Assembly: GCA_050575255.1 (NCBI GenBank)
Contig: JBNZDD010013683.1
Span: 2,535,928 to 2,599,927 of the forward strand
DNA from: Harriotta raleighana
Taxonomy: Eukaryota
Direction: 5' to 3'
DNA length: 64,000 bases
The notes beneath the pieces are model-generated. The model was not told the origin of the DNA. It searched no databases and saw nothing but the letters and a program-made list of their open reading frames with translations. Both the position numbers and the translations under genes were made by a program. This document shows positions 48,651 to 63,075 of this stretch, piece after piece (positions within the stretch are counted from its first letter, which is position 1; every line of letters starts with the position of its first letter).

Positions 48651-51600
48651 CTTTTCAGAATTGCACAGCAGTAAATCATTGAGTTTCCCTGTTAAACAAA
48701 GCTAATCTATATGTAATAGCCAATGTAGCATTTTTACTGGTGTCCAATCTGTCTTTGTAACCCTAATTGTTGTAGGATTTTGTTTGCTTTTACAAGCATG
48801 TCGAGCTCTGAAACTGGTTAGTAAAAGAGATCAAATCTTTAGCCGGGAAAGGTCTTTCCCACAGTGACAAGCAGTGTTGTGTAAAGCATAGGAAAATGTC
48901 ATGACTAGCTGGCATATCTTTTGTGGAATTTCTTCGAGCACATTGCATGAACGGTTAAGGTATCTAAAGAGGATTTTTGGCATGCCATATGCTCTTTCTA
49001 TTCTACTTCTGGTTGACTGATGTGCCCAATTATAGTTTTGTTTAGTACGTTTCTACGGACTTGGAATTGGACACACCGGTCCTGACTCCTGAGTGTAATC
49101 GGGGTTACCTGGAAGATATACAATAAAAAGTAAGAGCAAATCACATCAAAATCGTATAAAGCATTGGAGTAAAATTTAAAAAAAAGCCATCTTCTCACCA
49201 ACCTCCAAAGATGTTGAAGAGGCTTCATTATATTCTTTTGATCCCAACAGAGTATCGCTCTGAAACAAATGAATTGTGACCGGATCCAGGATAATTAGGT
49301 GACACCTACATGATATCTGAAATATTACAAATTTTTACCTGCTCAAAGAATGAAACTGTTTTCTATCGTGGAGAAATGTAATTCTGTTTTGGTGCCTGGA
49401 GTTCAAAGTTTTGTTTAAACCCAGAATGCTAGGAATACCAACAATGTTATAAAGAACTTGTCTGGCTACATTTGCTCATGTTGCATTTGAGTTTCAGAGT
49501 AAAAGATATAATGATCTATCCTTTTTATGAATTCCCTAATAGACTGCTCAATATATCCACTGATATCAGGCTGATTAGTGCTTAAAAACATACTTGTCGT
49601 TAGCTCAAAAGACTGCACTTTAAATTCATGGCAGTCTTGTCTTTGGCTACTGATATGACTGCACCAATTACAGTCCAGGTTCTAAAGTTGTACAAGCAGA
49701 AATAGCATTTATTCCCAGGGAAAGAATCAGCTATTTTATTCTATACCCAAACCATGTTAAAGGTGAATTATTAAGTACCATTTCCCATGTATACCAACTT
49801 GTGAAACAATTATTTTTACACTGATTTTGAAGGGATGTATTATAAACAAGATTACATCCGGGGGAAAAAAAAGATACTTGCTTATAAGAAAAATTAAGGG
49901 CATTGCATTATGTCACCTTAGAAGCAATTTGTTCAGACTACTCTAAGACTTGAAGCTGTTTATCTCAAATATTACCATATTAAATACAGGTGAAATAGTT
50001 AATTCCTCTGAGAACAAATGAGGATTTCTATTTTTGAACTGTATTAAAAAAACTAACACCTTATTTATACCAATAACTAGCAGAGAGGTAATATTATAAG
50101 TATACAAACCATTTTAAAAAAATTGTAAATGTTAACATTATAACTGTTGCTAAGAGATGAAAACCTTCAGAAATAATGTTATAATTAGATTCTGACCCTT
50201 TTGATTCCGTTCAAGTGAGATGAAAAGTTAGAATTAAATATAAATTGATGTTAGGAATATTATATTGTATCAAATGGTCCTTTGCAAAATTCAAATGATG
50301 TTAAAAAACATTCAGATTAAAAACAGAACTTTGCTTTCAAGTCATAGATTGATGCTTCCAAATCTCTAGCATGCATATTTCCATGAATAGCCCTTATTAG
50401 CCTGAACTCAAATTAACTAATCTGTGGGCTGATCAAACAGACTTCTCCTCAAATTTATCTTGGAGGAAAAAGTGTTATTTTAGCTGAGGTAAAAGCTTAG
50501 TTATTTGTTTGTGGACAATTTTTCAGAGTATATTTTAAAGATAATTAGAAACTTGAAATGGGGAATATTGATAAGGTCGCAATACAACTTCATCCAAGGG
50601 ATTTTATGTGCAAGCCTTGATAAGATATTCAACTGCAGGGGACATTACCATTGTGCCAGATGGTATTTCAACCCATGTCCATTAATGTCCAACTGGACAG
50701 TGACCAGGAGTTGTGACTGATGTTTTCTCACGGGGACATCAGTTAGCACAGAGTGAAGAATTGAACCTGACATCTCCAAGTTTGTATGGCTCAGTTTCAC
50801 ACTGGACAGGACGTTTTCAGACTGAGCCGTCCCATTTTTCAAATAATCTACTTGCTGTGAATCTTGATTAATTCATCAAGTAAAATTGGCTGCCTCGTTT
50901 GCCTATAAAATGCATAGTCACTGCACTTTACAGGATGTCCCATAAGGTACTTAGAGACTTGCACCCAATATAAAGGTTATTATTATTTATTATTCTGATC
51001 TATCATCCATCTATCATCTTCTCTAGAAATGGACCACATGGCGATAAAGTTTGTTTTAAAGTCCCATTCTCCAAGTCAATTTAATTATAAAGGACTAGAG
51101 ATTTCTAGTTCTGAAATTCACTTTAGTCTATACTCTGTGAAGCCCTTTGAGATGTCTCGAAGGCATGATATAGCACTATGTCAAATGCAGGAATTATTAT
51201 TATGATTTCTGTAATGTGACTATCCACCAGACAAGTACGCTATCCATGGCATGCTAATGGTTAACTTATGAAGTTCACTTGGAAAAAACATAAAAAACAC
51301 TGTTTATGACTTTACAACCCCTTGAGCATATTAAAGAATTATGCTGTTTTACTCACATTCTGATTCAAAGATGCGCATTCTGTAATATAATTCCACCCAC
51401 ACAAGATATTTTAGGCTTCATTCTGGAGACAGTTGTTGAAGATTGCTTGGCAGAACAGATATTTGATTAAACACTGGTGATATCAATCAGATGGGAAGAA
51501 ACAATACAACAGACATTTGAGCTACATTAGTAAGAGTTCAGATATCTTCCTTCAATTCATTGAAATATACCTAATAATAATGATAATAATCCTTACCAAA

Positions 51601-52344
51601 TCATGCATTTGGTATAGCGCATTTCACATCGGTGGGGTGGGGATGTCTCAAAGTCCTTCACAGGATATACCGTAAAGTATAGTAACTGTGTGTTTTATGC
51701 TGAAAAGGTACATATTGCAGTGCGCACAGTGTCTAGTACAAACATCTAATTTTATTTGAGTAATTGTAGCCAAGGACACCAGGAGAAACTTCTCGATCTG
51801 CATCCAAAGAATGTGACCCGAGAATGTCGCACCATATTCTTCTAACTCAATTGCAGTGGTTGACAGTAACTTATACAGGTATTCATTTCGCAAAAACCAA
51901 ACGTTAAAATGTTATCATCATTTCTTACAGGATAAAAATAAACCAGTAATACAAATGATATCTGTATATTAAAAGGTGTATGCTTTCATTAGTGAAATTC
52001 ATAGCTGGCTCGGAAACCGGAGTACCAAGACAACCACAGAAAACTGATTTGTTTCCCATATTCTGGGGTCTAAAATGCATCAATTCTAATGGAATTATTT
52101 AATGAGGACCTGGAAGATGTAACTTCTCCAAGGTGCAGAAATTCTACCCTGGAGTTATCGGAAGGAGCCTCACTTGGTTTGGTTATTAAGGAATCCCATG
52201 TGAAATGGTTACATTCTAGACTCTATCCTCAGTATTAAATTGTTAATAATAAGGCTAATCGTCTCAAATTAGCTTTTTCCAGAACATTTGACTACAAGTC
52301 ATTCCACTATGAGTCAACACAGATTATTTTACCCTTAATAGATC

Positions 52345-52460
52345 TTTGCTGAGGCTATATTTTGAATATTGTGTGCAATTTTGGCACCCTACCTTCAAAA
52401 GGGTACTGTAGAGTTAGAGTGGGAGGTCAGAGAAACGTAACAATATTTCGGAGTTTAACT
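52345..52460 (+). mobile_element. CR1 ORF2 fragment
   Basis: Translates LRLYFEYCVQFWHP, the CR1 RPHLEYCVQFWSP motif. Confidence 0.7.
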
Positions 52461-53904
52461 TTTAATGAGACACTCACAGAAATGAAATTAATTTGAATAG
52501 AAGTTTGGAAGGAGACATGATGCCATTTTTGGAAATGCTGAGAGGATTCCAGGTTATTTAGCCCACATCTATATGACAACATGAGTGAGCCTCCAGCCAG
52601 ATTTGAAAGTGGAAGGAATATTTTCCTCTCAGTGTAAGGGACACGTGGAACAAATTTGCAGATGAACCAATTAATGCATTGATTAACATCTAACAAAAAA
52701 AAACGGCTGCATGGAGTGTCTGTTTCTGAAGGAGGTTCAGTCAATTCACTTTATAGTATATTTCTTGAAGCGCTTTGAGACGTCTCAACAACGTCATAAG
52801 GCGCTACATCAAATGCAAATGCAAGGATGATTATTATTCAGAGCTGGAAATGTACAGATGGATTTAATTCAATGCTGTGTGGCTTTTAAAGTTATGTCCC
52901 CTTGTATCTGATGGATCCTCTGAGGGAAACAAAATTATTCGTTCCTTTTTTTGTGGTTGATGAATCACTTAAAATCTCTTATTTTCTATCAGCTCCTTCC
53001 AGAAATGTAGTGTATTCACTACTTTTATACATGGTCCACAAACGACAATTCATTTTAAAAATCACAGAAGAATCAAAACTTAAATGTCAGTGTGAGTGAA
53101 AGGTGGGAGAACTGAAAGTTGACCTATGACACATCAATAGAAATCGCTATTCACAAGCATGCAGATTGGTATAAAGTTTCCTGAAGTGACTGCATACTTG
53201 AGCATATACATTTCACGGTGTATAATAGGAACCCATTTCCATTTGTGGTTCATTGCACATGTCCAAGTGAGGGCTCCTCAACCAAATGTAGGCGATCATG
53301 TGTGAAGTCCTCACAAAATTGAATGACTGCTGCCCCAAAATGTCCTCAGTGTGTTCCTCCCAACCTTTTTTTTTCTTTTCCAGGAAGTTCGATAGAGTTA
53401 GATGGAAATTAGGAATGTAAAATACTTTGTTTTTTCAAACACGGTGAACAAATCACGAGAAATTCTGTACATCATCACACAGAGAGGAGAACTTCACTGC
53501 AGCTTACTTAACAAGACAGTGAGAGGAGATTTGTGAAACCTTCACGGGTCATGTACACTCTATCAACACTGGGGAGGTTTTAACAGACATCGGACAGTTT
53601 ACAAACAGGCAAATGTGGTTCCTACATTCAGGAAAGGGAGACAGACCTTTAACTGGAGTTACCTCAACAACTGGAAAACTAATAGAATCACTCATCAGAA
53701 GCCAAAAAAATAGGGACTGCTACAGGAGTGCATCAAGGCTGATCCTCAGTTTTCAGGGCAGTAACCAGGTGAATTATTTTACCAGGATTGATGGTTTATG
53801 TCAGGTTACTAGACTCGTGTAACAAACAGCTATGGAATGGCAGTTAGACATCTATTCTGGAGGGAACCGATTAAATGAGCTAAATGACATCCTCATTCAT
53901 ACCT

Positions 53905-54012
53905 CTTCGCCCACAAATAAACAGTCAATTCACTTTACAGTATATTCTGTGAAGCGCTTTGAGACATTGATAAGATGTGAAAAGCACTATATCAAATGAT
54001 AGGATTGTTATT
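53905..54012 (+). mobile_element. SINE 3' half
   Basis: TTCGCCCACAAATAAACAGTCAATTCACTTTACAGTATATTCTGTGAAGCGCTTTGAG. Shorter tails of this family also lie near 3320, 36590, 47640, 51120, 51590, 52740 and 62040. Confidence 0.85.
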
Positions 54013-56669
54013 AATATTGTAATTCTCTCAATAGAGAGAAATTTTAGATTTCTTTTGCGCTTATAGTTATGAACTTATACGTTTTCAAATTTAACGTGGG
54101 AATGCCCATTAATTATGTAAAAGGTAGAGGAGGGCATATTATGTCATATCTCCTAAAAGGTAGTTTTTTGTCCATCATACTATGATTAGGGGAGGGGGAG
54201 CCCTTTACAATGAAAGTAGATCTCCCACCAGTTATCTTCTCCTGTAATGACCTCCTTGAGTCATTTACCTTATGAAATTGTAAGCATAAAGGATGAACAT
54301 ACTATCAAAGTAAAACACTTGATCCAAGTACGGTTTGAAAAAAAAAAATATTAATAAAAGAATCTCCTTCCTTATAGAAGATACGCAAAATGTAATTTAT
54401 TCTCTTTCCTGCGGAGACGGATCTTTTTGGGTCTTGACACCCAGTGGGGAAACTCCACAAGCCTGTCATTAGCCTGTGGGTTTTATGAGAGAATATCTAC
54501 AGGAAGTAATGTGAATGAACATCCTTTCCTGACCTGGTGACAATCAAAGCATTCAAGACAGGAAATTTAAATGAGTTGATCACACAGCAGTCCTCAGCTG
54601 GTACTGATGTTTCTGGGCTAAGTTTGACATTTGGTACATAATTTCTCCTAAAATTGCTCGCCAAAAACCCTGCATCTGATGTCAGTTTAAGGCTTCCCAG
54701 CTGAAGCTGGAAGAGGGCATATTATATCATATTTTAAACATCTCGCACAAGGTTTTTTTTTTTGACCAAGTCCATTATACTGTGATTGGGAAAGGGGGAG
54801 CACTTTTCATTGAAGCTAGACCTTTCATCAGTTATCTTCTCCTGTAAGGATATGGCTTATGATGGCTCACGCCACTCAGTGGGCAATGGCCTGTTTCATG
54901 TCCCCTGCCTCACCCACCCCATGGTGAGTGGGTCTACAGCCATTCTACCCAAACCCTCTGGAACTCCATCCCGCAGTCCCTCCACCTTGCCCCCTCTCTT
55001 GCCTCCTTCAAGACCCTCCTCTTCAATTGTACTTTGGTCACCCTATTTCCTCACTGTCCTCCACCCTCCACCCCCAACTCAGGTCCTCAATATTGTTTTT
55101 CCAGCATTTTGAGATGTTCTTCCAATGTTAAGGGGCTATACAAATGTAATTTTGCTATTGTTTTTGCTCAATATGGCATTGTGTTTCAGATAAATACCTA
55201 CTGGGAACATGGCCACAATAAGCACCACTATGATTTTTTAAAAAAAACTCAAGTACAGTACATTGCAATTGGGGTCAGTTTTTTTAAAAACAAACGTATA
55301 ATTCAGACATGGAAAGATACAAACTCTGTACTGTATATATACACCAACAATAGTCAGTCCCAAAGGTGGTCATTATATATCAGTTTCCAGTCTGTTACAT
55401 GTATCATCAGTGAAGAGGAAAAACCCTCAACATAATTAATGGATACTTGATTATTTGATTCCTTTTTTAAAAAAAATTCTATGTTAAGACACTGTTGGTA
55501 CTGAAACATGTGCACAGAATCTTCTTTTCACCTGGGAATGTAGGATAGTCAGGATTGCTCGATGGTGAATAACTACTGTACTGTATAAGGTGAATTTAAA
55601 AATGAAATCAAATAGAATCTATTATGTGCCCTGTAATAAATCATAAATGTAGGGAATTGCAAGTGCCCTTATTTGTGTAATGAACATCCATTGAAAATGT
55701 TTAGCTGTTAATTTCATATGTAAAATCCTTGTTAGTCATTATTTATTTTACATCACGAAGGGCACCTACAATTCGCTCTGTACGCATAGTTTTGACCCAT
55801 ATGTAGATGTAATGCAAATGGTTTACAAATGGTTTATACATGACACACCATAGACTCAAGTGTAACTTTTCTGCCACTCCTGAGAACAAAAACTCCCAGA
55901 GACATTACACAAGGACTAAAGGTTGCCTGTGCACTGGGTCGTTCGCTATCCGATGCAGTGCATACGGTCACAATCATAGTGATCCAGAGCTTACAGTTAA
56001 TATTGTCCCTGGTACAGAGAATATATACAATTTGTTTGGTGTAAGCTCAGACCAATCACAAGAATTTACCAAGAAATTCACACCAATGTCAGGTAGTTAT
56101 TTGGGGGTAAAAAATGAAAGCTTGTTAAGGAATTTTTCCGCAAATAGTTTTTCTCTGTCTCGCTTCATTTCAGAAAACACTAATGGATAGGCCTGAGCTA
56201 CAGAGACCAATTTACTTATCTGCAGTTGGACGTGAGCTCGAAATAGCATCAGGAATAAACTCTCACTAACATGTTGGTGGCACTATGGGGGTCAAGACTT
56301 TTACTCTCTGTACATCTTTAGGGAAACACCTTTTTTTCTGCATGACACTCCATGTCGGAGCTATATTTGAAGTCAAGAAACTGCTTGAATTGCAACCCTA
56401 CGATAACTGCTGTGATGCTGTGATTAGAATTCCCAGAATATTACGTGTAGTATCAAGTAAGGGATGCTTCTGTAATGTTATTGGAGCAAAGATTCCAGCA
56501 CAATTGCTCAGTTGGGATAAATTTTAAGAAACTGCTGTTAACAGAAGCAAACTTCCACTTTGAAGATTACCATCATGGTAAAAGAAATTTCCTGTTCAGT
56601 TAAGGATAGTTAACAGATTTCAGAAAAGACTCCAGAAAAATCTTCATATAATACTAAACAAGAGTAAAA

Positions 56670-56830
56670 AGAACATAACATCATAAGAAGTTGGAGCAGG
56701 AATAGGCCATTTGGCCTCCCGCCATTTAAAAATATCATGGCTGATCTTCTATCCTAATTCCATTTACTCTCCATAAATATCCCTTAATCCCTCTATCTTT
56801 TAAAAAAAACTGTCAATCTCAGTTCCAGCT
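56670..56830 (-). mobile_element. CR1 3' terminus
   Basis: Plus strand CATAAGAAGTTGGAGCAGGAATAGGCCATTTGGCC...ATCATGGCTGATC, the reverse of the shark CR1 end. Confidence 0.75.
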
Positions 56831-57309
56831 TTTCCATTCATAGAGTACATTATCTAATTTGGTCTCCAATCATTCACTTTTTTTTTACTGTAAGAAGCTA
56901 AATATTTTGGAGAAGAAGTTGAACAACTCATTTGGGTTTGGATATTGGGACTGCATTTGCCTTTTTGTCTATCTGCCAAATGTTTTTCACAGATATAGAT
57001 TTACCCTCTGGAGTCTTTTACAAATAGTTTTGCCAGAGTAGATTTTATTGGCACTGGAAGATGAAAATGGTTCAAATTTCTAATATAACCAATGTTTATA
57101 TTAGAGCTTTTTAGAAGTATGTAGCTGCAATGATATAGTTGTATTGTTATTATAACCAGAAGCACACAATTTAGTTTGGTTAAATATCTTACAAATCACT
57201 GCAATGTATATTTTAAAATTTAGGAATCCATGTTCTTCTATGCAAGGCATATAACATAAAACATATATAAAAGAGGAAACTATTTGTTCAATGGTCTGCT
57301 ATTTAAATA

Positions 57310-57790
57310 TCAGTATTGCTCAGTTAGCAGCACTCATGGCTCTTAGTCAGTAGATTATGGGTTCAAGCCCGAGGTTGGGGCATGTGTTGCATTTTCACCC
57401 ACAAATATATAGTCAATTCACTTTGCAGTATATTCTGTGAAGCGTGTTGAGACATCGATAAGATGTGAAAATCCGCCATAAAGATTATTATTTTCAAAGG
57501 AGCCATCTTTCTGATAAGACATAAAAAACTGAGGCAACATCTGTGCCTGGTCAGGTGGATGTTATATGTAACAAGAAGAGATGGACTTTCACCTGGTGTC
57601 TTGGCCTACAATCCCTCAAATAAAATTGGTCGTTCACTTCATGGCTGTTTGTTTATTGTTGTGCACAAATTGGCTGCCGGGTTGGCCTACAAGTGCAGAG
57701 GCTACGCTTTACAATAACTCCTGCGAAGTTCTTTGTTAATGTTTTGACAACACAACAAGGGACAAAATCAAATAATCCTTATGATTTGGT
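57310..57790 (+). mobile_element. Old Deu-type SINE interrupted by a younger SINE tail
   Basis: tRNA-like head near 57318-57370, young tail 57385-57492, then Deu-like core GGTGTCTTGGCCTACA...GTGCACAAATTGGCTGCC. Confidence 0.6.
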
Positions 57791-60009
57791 TTAGTACACA
57801 ATATCAACATTCTTTTATGTCTTCGATTTTATCACCAGGCTGAATCATTTCACATTTCAAATCATTTTGGAGGGTTTTATTAACCCCATTTTCTGTTTTA
57901 ATTCAGCCATTTAGCTGAAATGTTTTGAGGAAAGATGCAAATGCAGGAGACAGATTTTCATACATTTAAACTGAAATGTTGCAGCATAAACAGCACATTT
58001 TTATTTTCCCCCTTCGCCCCATTGTGTTATACAAGTCATCTATTTGACACTAAATTTTTATTGTTAATAGACATTTAAAGTTTTCATTTGTTCATTTGAA
58101 TGGTTTAGTTACTCCATCATCGGTTCCTACTTATGAAGCTGGCCCGTGGGCCCCACTGAGATTTTTTTTTACAGTACAAAGCAGAATGGCTTGCTTAGCT
58201 GCAGCTCTGCACAGTTTCTTTACTTCTACTCGCTGCATCAATAGATCATCAGGAGATATTCGCAAAAAAATAACAGTGCGGCCCACAGAGGCTAAGATAT
58301 TGAAACATAGAAATTTTCTGCTCAGAAGAACACCATTCTGTCTGTCATATCTGCGCCATTGCTAGCTGTTTCTTTCAAATTGCCTTTTTTAATGTATCCC
58401 ACTTTCCAGTTCTTATTCCCACTCCCCATCTTTTAATGCTCTCCGCCATCTTAACATAAAACCCATGTGCATTTTATTCACAATTAATGTATTCAAATTT
58501 AAACCTAGTAAAATTTACTGTGTTGCTGAAAAAGTTATTGCTTGAGACATTAATCGGGCAAGAGCATACTTTTTATTCTGTGTAAAGGTTTATGCTTGTA
58601 TGCAAATGACAGCGGCAAAAAGCTACTAGATTCAGGCCAGAAGACCTATAATAAACTTCCCGAACTAACTGAAAATCTCAAGGATCGGATTCAATGCCAT
58701 GCACGTTTCCTGAGAGGTTGTGATAATTTGCGAGCCGTGTTTTGTTTATGCCATAAAAGAACACGTACCCACACACAGCTGAAAGGCTCTCTGTAAGGTT
58801 CAGTTAGTTTGATGTCAACAGTTTGAGGAAATCCAGGTTTGTTGACATGTAACAAGGATAATCCTCGTTGTTGGACACATGTCAAAGAGTTTCACGGGAT
58901 TTTATTGGGATTTTATTGGGAAATGTTTCATGACCGTGTATTTGGTCTGCATTTTACTTCCTAGTTAAAACAATTTCATTAGACAGGTCTGTTGGATGGT
59001 TATGTCCATTTGACATTTGGCAATAATTGAACAGCCCGAGGACAAGCTCTGGAAGTGTACACCCTGATCACCTAAGTCAATAAATAACTGCACAATATTC
59101 TTTGATATCCAATTTCAGTCGGTTCTTTCTTCCATTTCAGAAAAACATCATGTCCTCTGCTGTGTTTGATTATCCCATTCTGCACATTCCCATAAACCAC
59201 CATTCATTTTTATTTCCATCAACAAGAAACAACTTAGTGTATTGATGTTACAGGGTATTAATTATTAAGCATTTTTTAATAACACATATATGTACAATTA
59301 TACATATAGTTTTAATTAAATAGCATGACTGTTTTTGTATTGTTTCCCTGCAGCAATACCAACAATATTAACATAACAGTGTTAAAAGAATGCAGTATAT
59401 ATCCATCAATGTAATTTTGTTGTTGTTGTATTGTATATTGCCAGAAGTGTCAATATTGTGCATTTTACTTGCGGCATTTATAATCTTTACACGAATGTTC
59501 AAATTTGCTGATGAAGCTAGTTTTTAAAAAGAGTCCAGTTTGTCCTGTTTTTTTTAATTGTATAAACTTAGTACTGTATGAGGAACAAATCGTACAAAAC
59601 TGTACTGATGCAGCATTGAGATTTGAAAACAAATCCTGCATCAGATGATTTGATTCAAACATAGCAGGCCTTTAAGACAATGATACCAACACATAGGCTG
59701 AGGGTTACTTTTCCTATTTGAGTTCCTATCTGCGCAAGAAAAACACTATTTCGAAAGCCATGGCTCTATGTTTTCGGGCTGGGCTGCAACATAATCACTA
59801 ACTGAAGACAGATGCTGGCGCTGGCACTGTTTATGTCCTCTTCCCACCCACCCACCCACCCTCCCTCCCCTGTGCCTGGATCTTTAACATTGGGGGGTGG
59901 GGTCAGGGTCTGTACAGAGTGCCTGGAAAGTGTCGAGGAGGCGATAGAGTCAGAGGTTTTCAGCACAGCTGAAGGCCAGTCAGCCCGACTGCCTCTCAAC
60001 CTGAAAGCT

Positions 60010-60205
60010 ACTGTATCAACCTTTCTCCATTTTCTTTAATTTTTTTTTTGCTTTTCAGATATTTGTCTAGTTCCTTTTTAAAACCATGGTGGTTTCTCCT
60101 ACCCATGGTGGTGTAATATTGGCTACACAGCCCCCTTGACATGCCGTCCGGCGTGGAGAGCGCTTTATAAATTGTCCCACAAACAGTGGTGGATTGAGTG
60201 ACCAA
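60010..60205 (-). mobile_element. CR1 ORF2 end fragment
   Basis: Minus frame reads GFKKELDKYLK. Confidence 0.6.
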
Positions 60206-60949
60206 ATCATCAATGGATGAGAATTAAATAACAGCTACCATTATTGCTCTTTACAACAACGCTTGACATTTATGTACCGCCTTTCATGTAAAGGAGACGT
60301 CCTGAAGAGCTTAACAGAATGAGGTTAATCAGAAATGAAGTGAATTCGACGCAGGTAAACACAGCAGCTAATTTACTTAGCAGTGTCCTAAGATCCTAAA
60401 ACCAACGACGAGATGAATAGCCAATTCATTTGAAATTTGGGGGAGAATTTGAAATGAAAGGGGGACGTAATGCAAGGTAACTGGGAGGAAATTGTCTTTG
60501 GGAGTGTGATGGTTGATTTCTTGGGAAAGCAAGGCAACGGTGAGTGCAGGAAACGTTGCTGGGATTTATTGTGTGTGTGTGTGTGTGTCTGCGTGTGTAC
60601 GCAATTTATGGCGACTCCCCAACACATCACCGAAAGCAAAACGCTTTACTTTCCATGTTTTTGGAAAATAATTTCAGGCAAATACGTCCAGTACCATCCA
60701 GATGGCAGAGCAAAACGGAATGCAGAAGCTGATCGCATAGGAAAACATTGCAAGAAAAAAAAGGAGGAGGGCAGGCTATTTAAATGAGTAATCCTTTCTA
60801 AAGACTCGTTGAGTTTTTTTTCACTTCCCTGGTCCAGCAACGAGTGAATCAGGATATGGACAGTTGTTGCCGTGTTGCGATGGCTTCCTCCAAAACCCCT
60901 TTGGGAGGAGATTCAAAGGGAAAACTATTTTATTTATTTATTTATTTAT

Positions 60950-61260
60950 TTATATATTATATTTATATCGCGCCTTTCACGTCAGGAGGACGTCCCAAGG
61001 CGCTAATACAGTGAAGTGGGGGGGAGGGGTCGGGGGAAGAAAAGCAGGAAAATACTGACTGTATATTTGTGGGCGAAACGCGGCAGCCAAATTGCGGACA
61101 GCAGCGTCCCCCCACACACAAACAGTCATGGAAGCGAGGGGGCCAGGGATGAAAGGGGGAAAGAGGGACAAGGGGAGGGGTTGGGGTAGGAGGAAGAGAG
61201 AAGGAAGACCAGGTGTATATCTGGGGAGAAACGCGGCAGCTAAATTGCGCACAGATTCCG
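60950..61260 (-). mobile_element. L2/SINE-related 3' end with internally repeated core
   Basis: GAAACGCGGCAGC(C/T)AAATTGCG occurs twice (about 61075 and 61227); tail CGCCTTTCACGTCAGGAGGACGTCCCAAGGCG. Confidence 0.75.
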
Positions 61261-62644
61261 AAAGAGAGTCTGTTGTTGACCATGAGAGCAGATGTGCTGC
61301 TGTAACTATTTTGTTTGGAATTCCCTTTAACCAAACCCCTTGTCTAAGAATGTGGGCAATCGCGTGTTTTTCATAAACCCCAAAGTTTTACTCGTGGAAA
61401 TTCAATAGTGGATCTGCGAAATATGATACAGTTTGTGGCGGTAGCAATGCAATGCTACTCCCAAGAATAGTAAAAGCTGTAAAAGCGCAACGTTTAAAAA
61501 AAAATTCATCCGATACATCTGCAGCAATTTTAAAGTAAACTAAAGCCTGGGGATTGAGGAATCGTTCACTATTCTACCAAAAACAGAGGCTGCTGTTTCT
61601 CCAGTTTCTCCGACGTCATTGTGAGTCTGGGAGTCTGATGCTGGTGCAATATGTTGAAGTAAACTGACTGGAAAGAAAGGATTGCATCAGCTATGTCATT
61701 CTAACTCCAGGGATACGCTTGGCCTTAAATAAAATGTTATTGACAAGGAAGCTTGTGAATAAGATGAATGACTGGACTTGACTTGCTGCACTGCCTGTTA
61801 ATGATTTCCACTGCCGCCTGATTTATTGGGGTGGAAATAAACTTTTTGTTGGTGAGCATGAGAGTCCAAGTGAAAACTGTTGCTTTGCTACAACAGGAAA
61901 CACTGTGAATTGAGAAACATCTCAACTCTGGCAGTAACTTCTCCCCATATTGTACCCAAATGCTCAGTAAGTCTGCAACTCCAGAATGTTCATCGTCGTC
62001 TGAAGTTTACTCAACCATGTCAGGTAACTTGTTGATAATAATAATAATAATAATACTAATCCTTGCATTTGATATAGCGCTTTCCACATCTTCTAGACGT
62101 CTCAAAAGCGCTTCACAGAAAATTAAAAATGATAAACTCTATCAAAACTGAAATTATTACTGGAAGCAATAAAGGGAGGGATTGGAAGACAAATTTCTGC
62201 ATAATGGGATGTTTGGTTGTCAAACATGTCACCACAAGTAACTATTGAAGCTGAACACTTTAAAAGTGAATTAGATGTACACTTGAAGAAAAAAAACAGG
62301 TTTAAGAAAAGAGCAAGAAAACAGATTTGAAGCATGTTCAATGGCGATCTGTCATTACATGCATTAGGAACCAAACAGCCTCCTTTTGAGATGAAATTTC
62401 CAATGTTCTATCAAGTGTAAAAGTTATGTTTCAACTTATGAATCAGTTCAAAGAAACCTCGGTGATGTTTGCGTTTGAGAAAATAATTTATTTTGTTGAA
62501 TAATTTATTTTCAAACTATGAGGGTTTGCATAAATACTGTACAAAACTGCTCCATTTATCCAATTGGAGATCATTTAAAAATGCATTTGGTCACACACAA
62601 ATGAAATAGATGTTATTGGATTATCTAAATGACATTTGTAGGAT

Positions 62645-62886
62645 GAATAATAATAATCCTTGCATCTGATATAGCGCTTTTCATGTCTTCTTGAAGTCTC
62701 AAGACGCTTCACAGAATATACTGTAAAGAGAATTGACAATCGTGGATTGAAATGGCCAATTTTTGGGGGAGGGATTATTGGGTGTGTGGAGTAAGGAAAC
62801 TTGCCCAAGGTTTCGCCTTGCCTGGATTCCAACACAGGTCTCACGCTCATAAGGCGAGTGCTCTAACCACTGAGCTACAGGACTCC
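62645..62886 (-). mobile_element. Same SINE family, internally deleted copy
   Basis: Head and tail match 4832-5136; the Deu-like core is missing. Confidence 0.88.
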
Positions 62887-62904
62887 ACTGACGTTTGCAG
62901 TGTT

Positions 62905-63075
62905 TTTTAGAATTATAGAATATTGCCACAGAAGGAAGCCATTCGGCCCATCGGGACTGTGCTGGCTCTTTGATGGCTATCCAATCAGTCCCACTCCTCC
63001 ACCCCTTTATCACGTCCCTCCCCTGTTTAAAGACTGCCTTAAGACCCATCTTTTTGACCAAGCTTCTGGTCACCT
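62905..63075. mobile_element. CR1 3' end (minus) abutting an L2 ORF2 end (plus)
   Basis: GGAAGCCATTCGGCCCATCG then a frame reading FKDCLKTHLFDQA. Confidence 0.7.
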
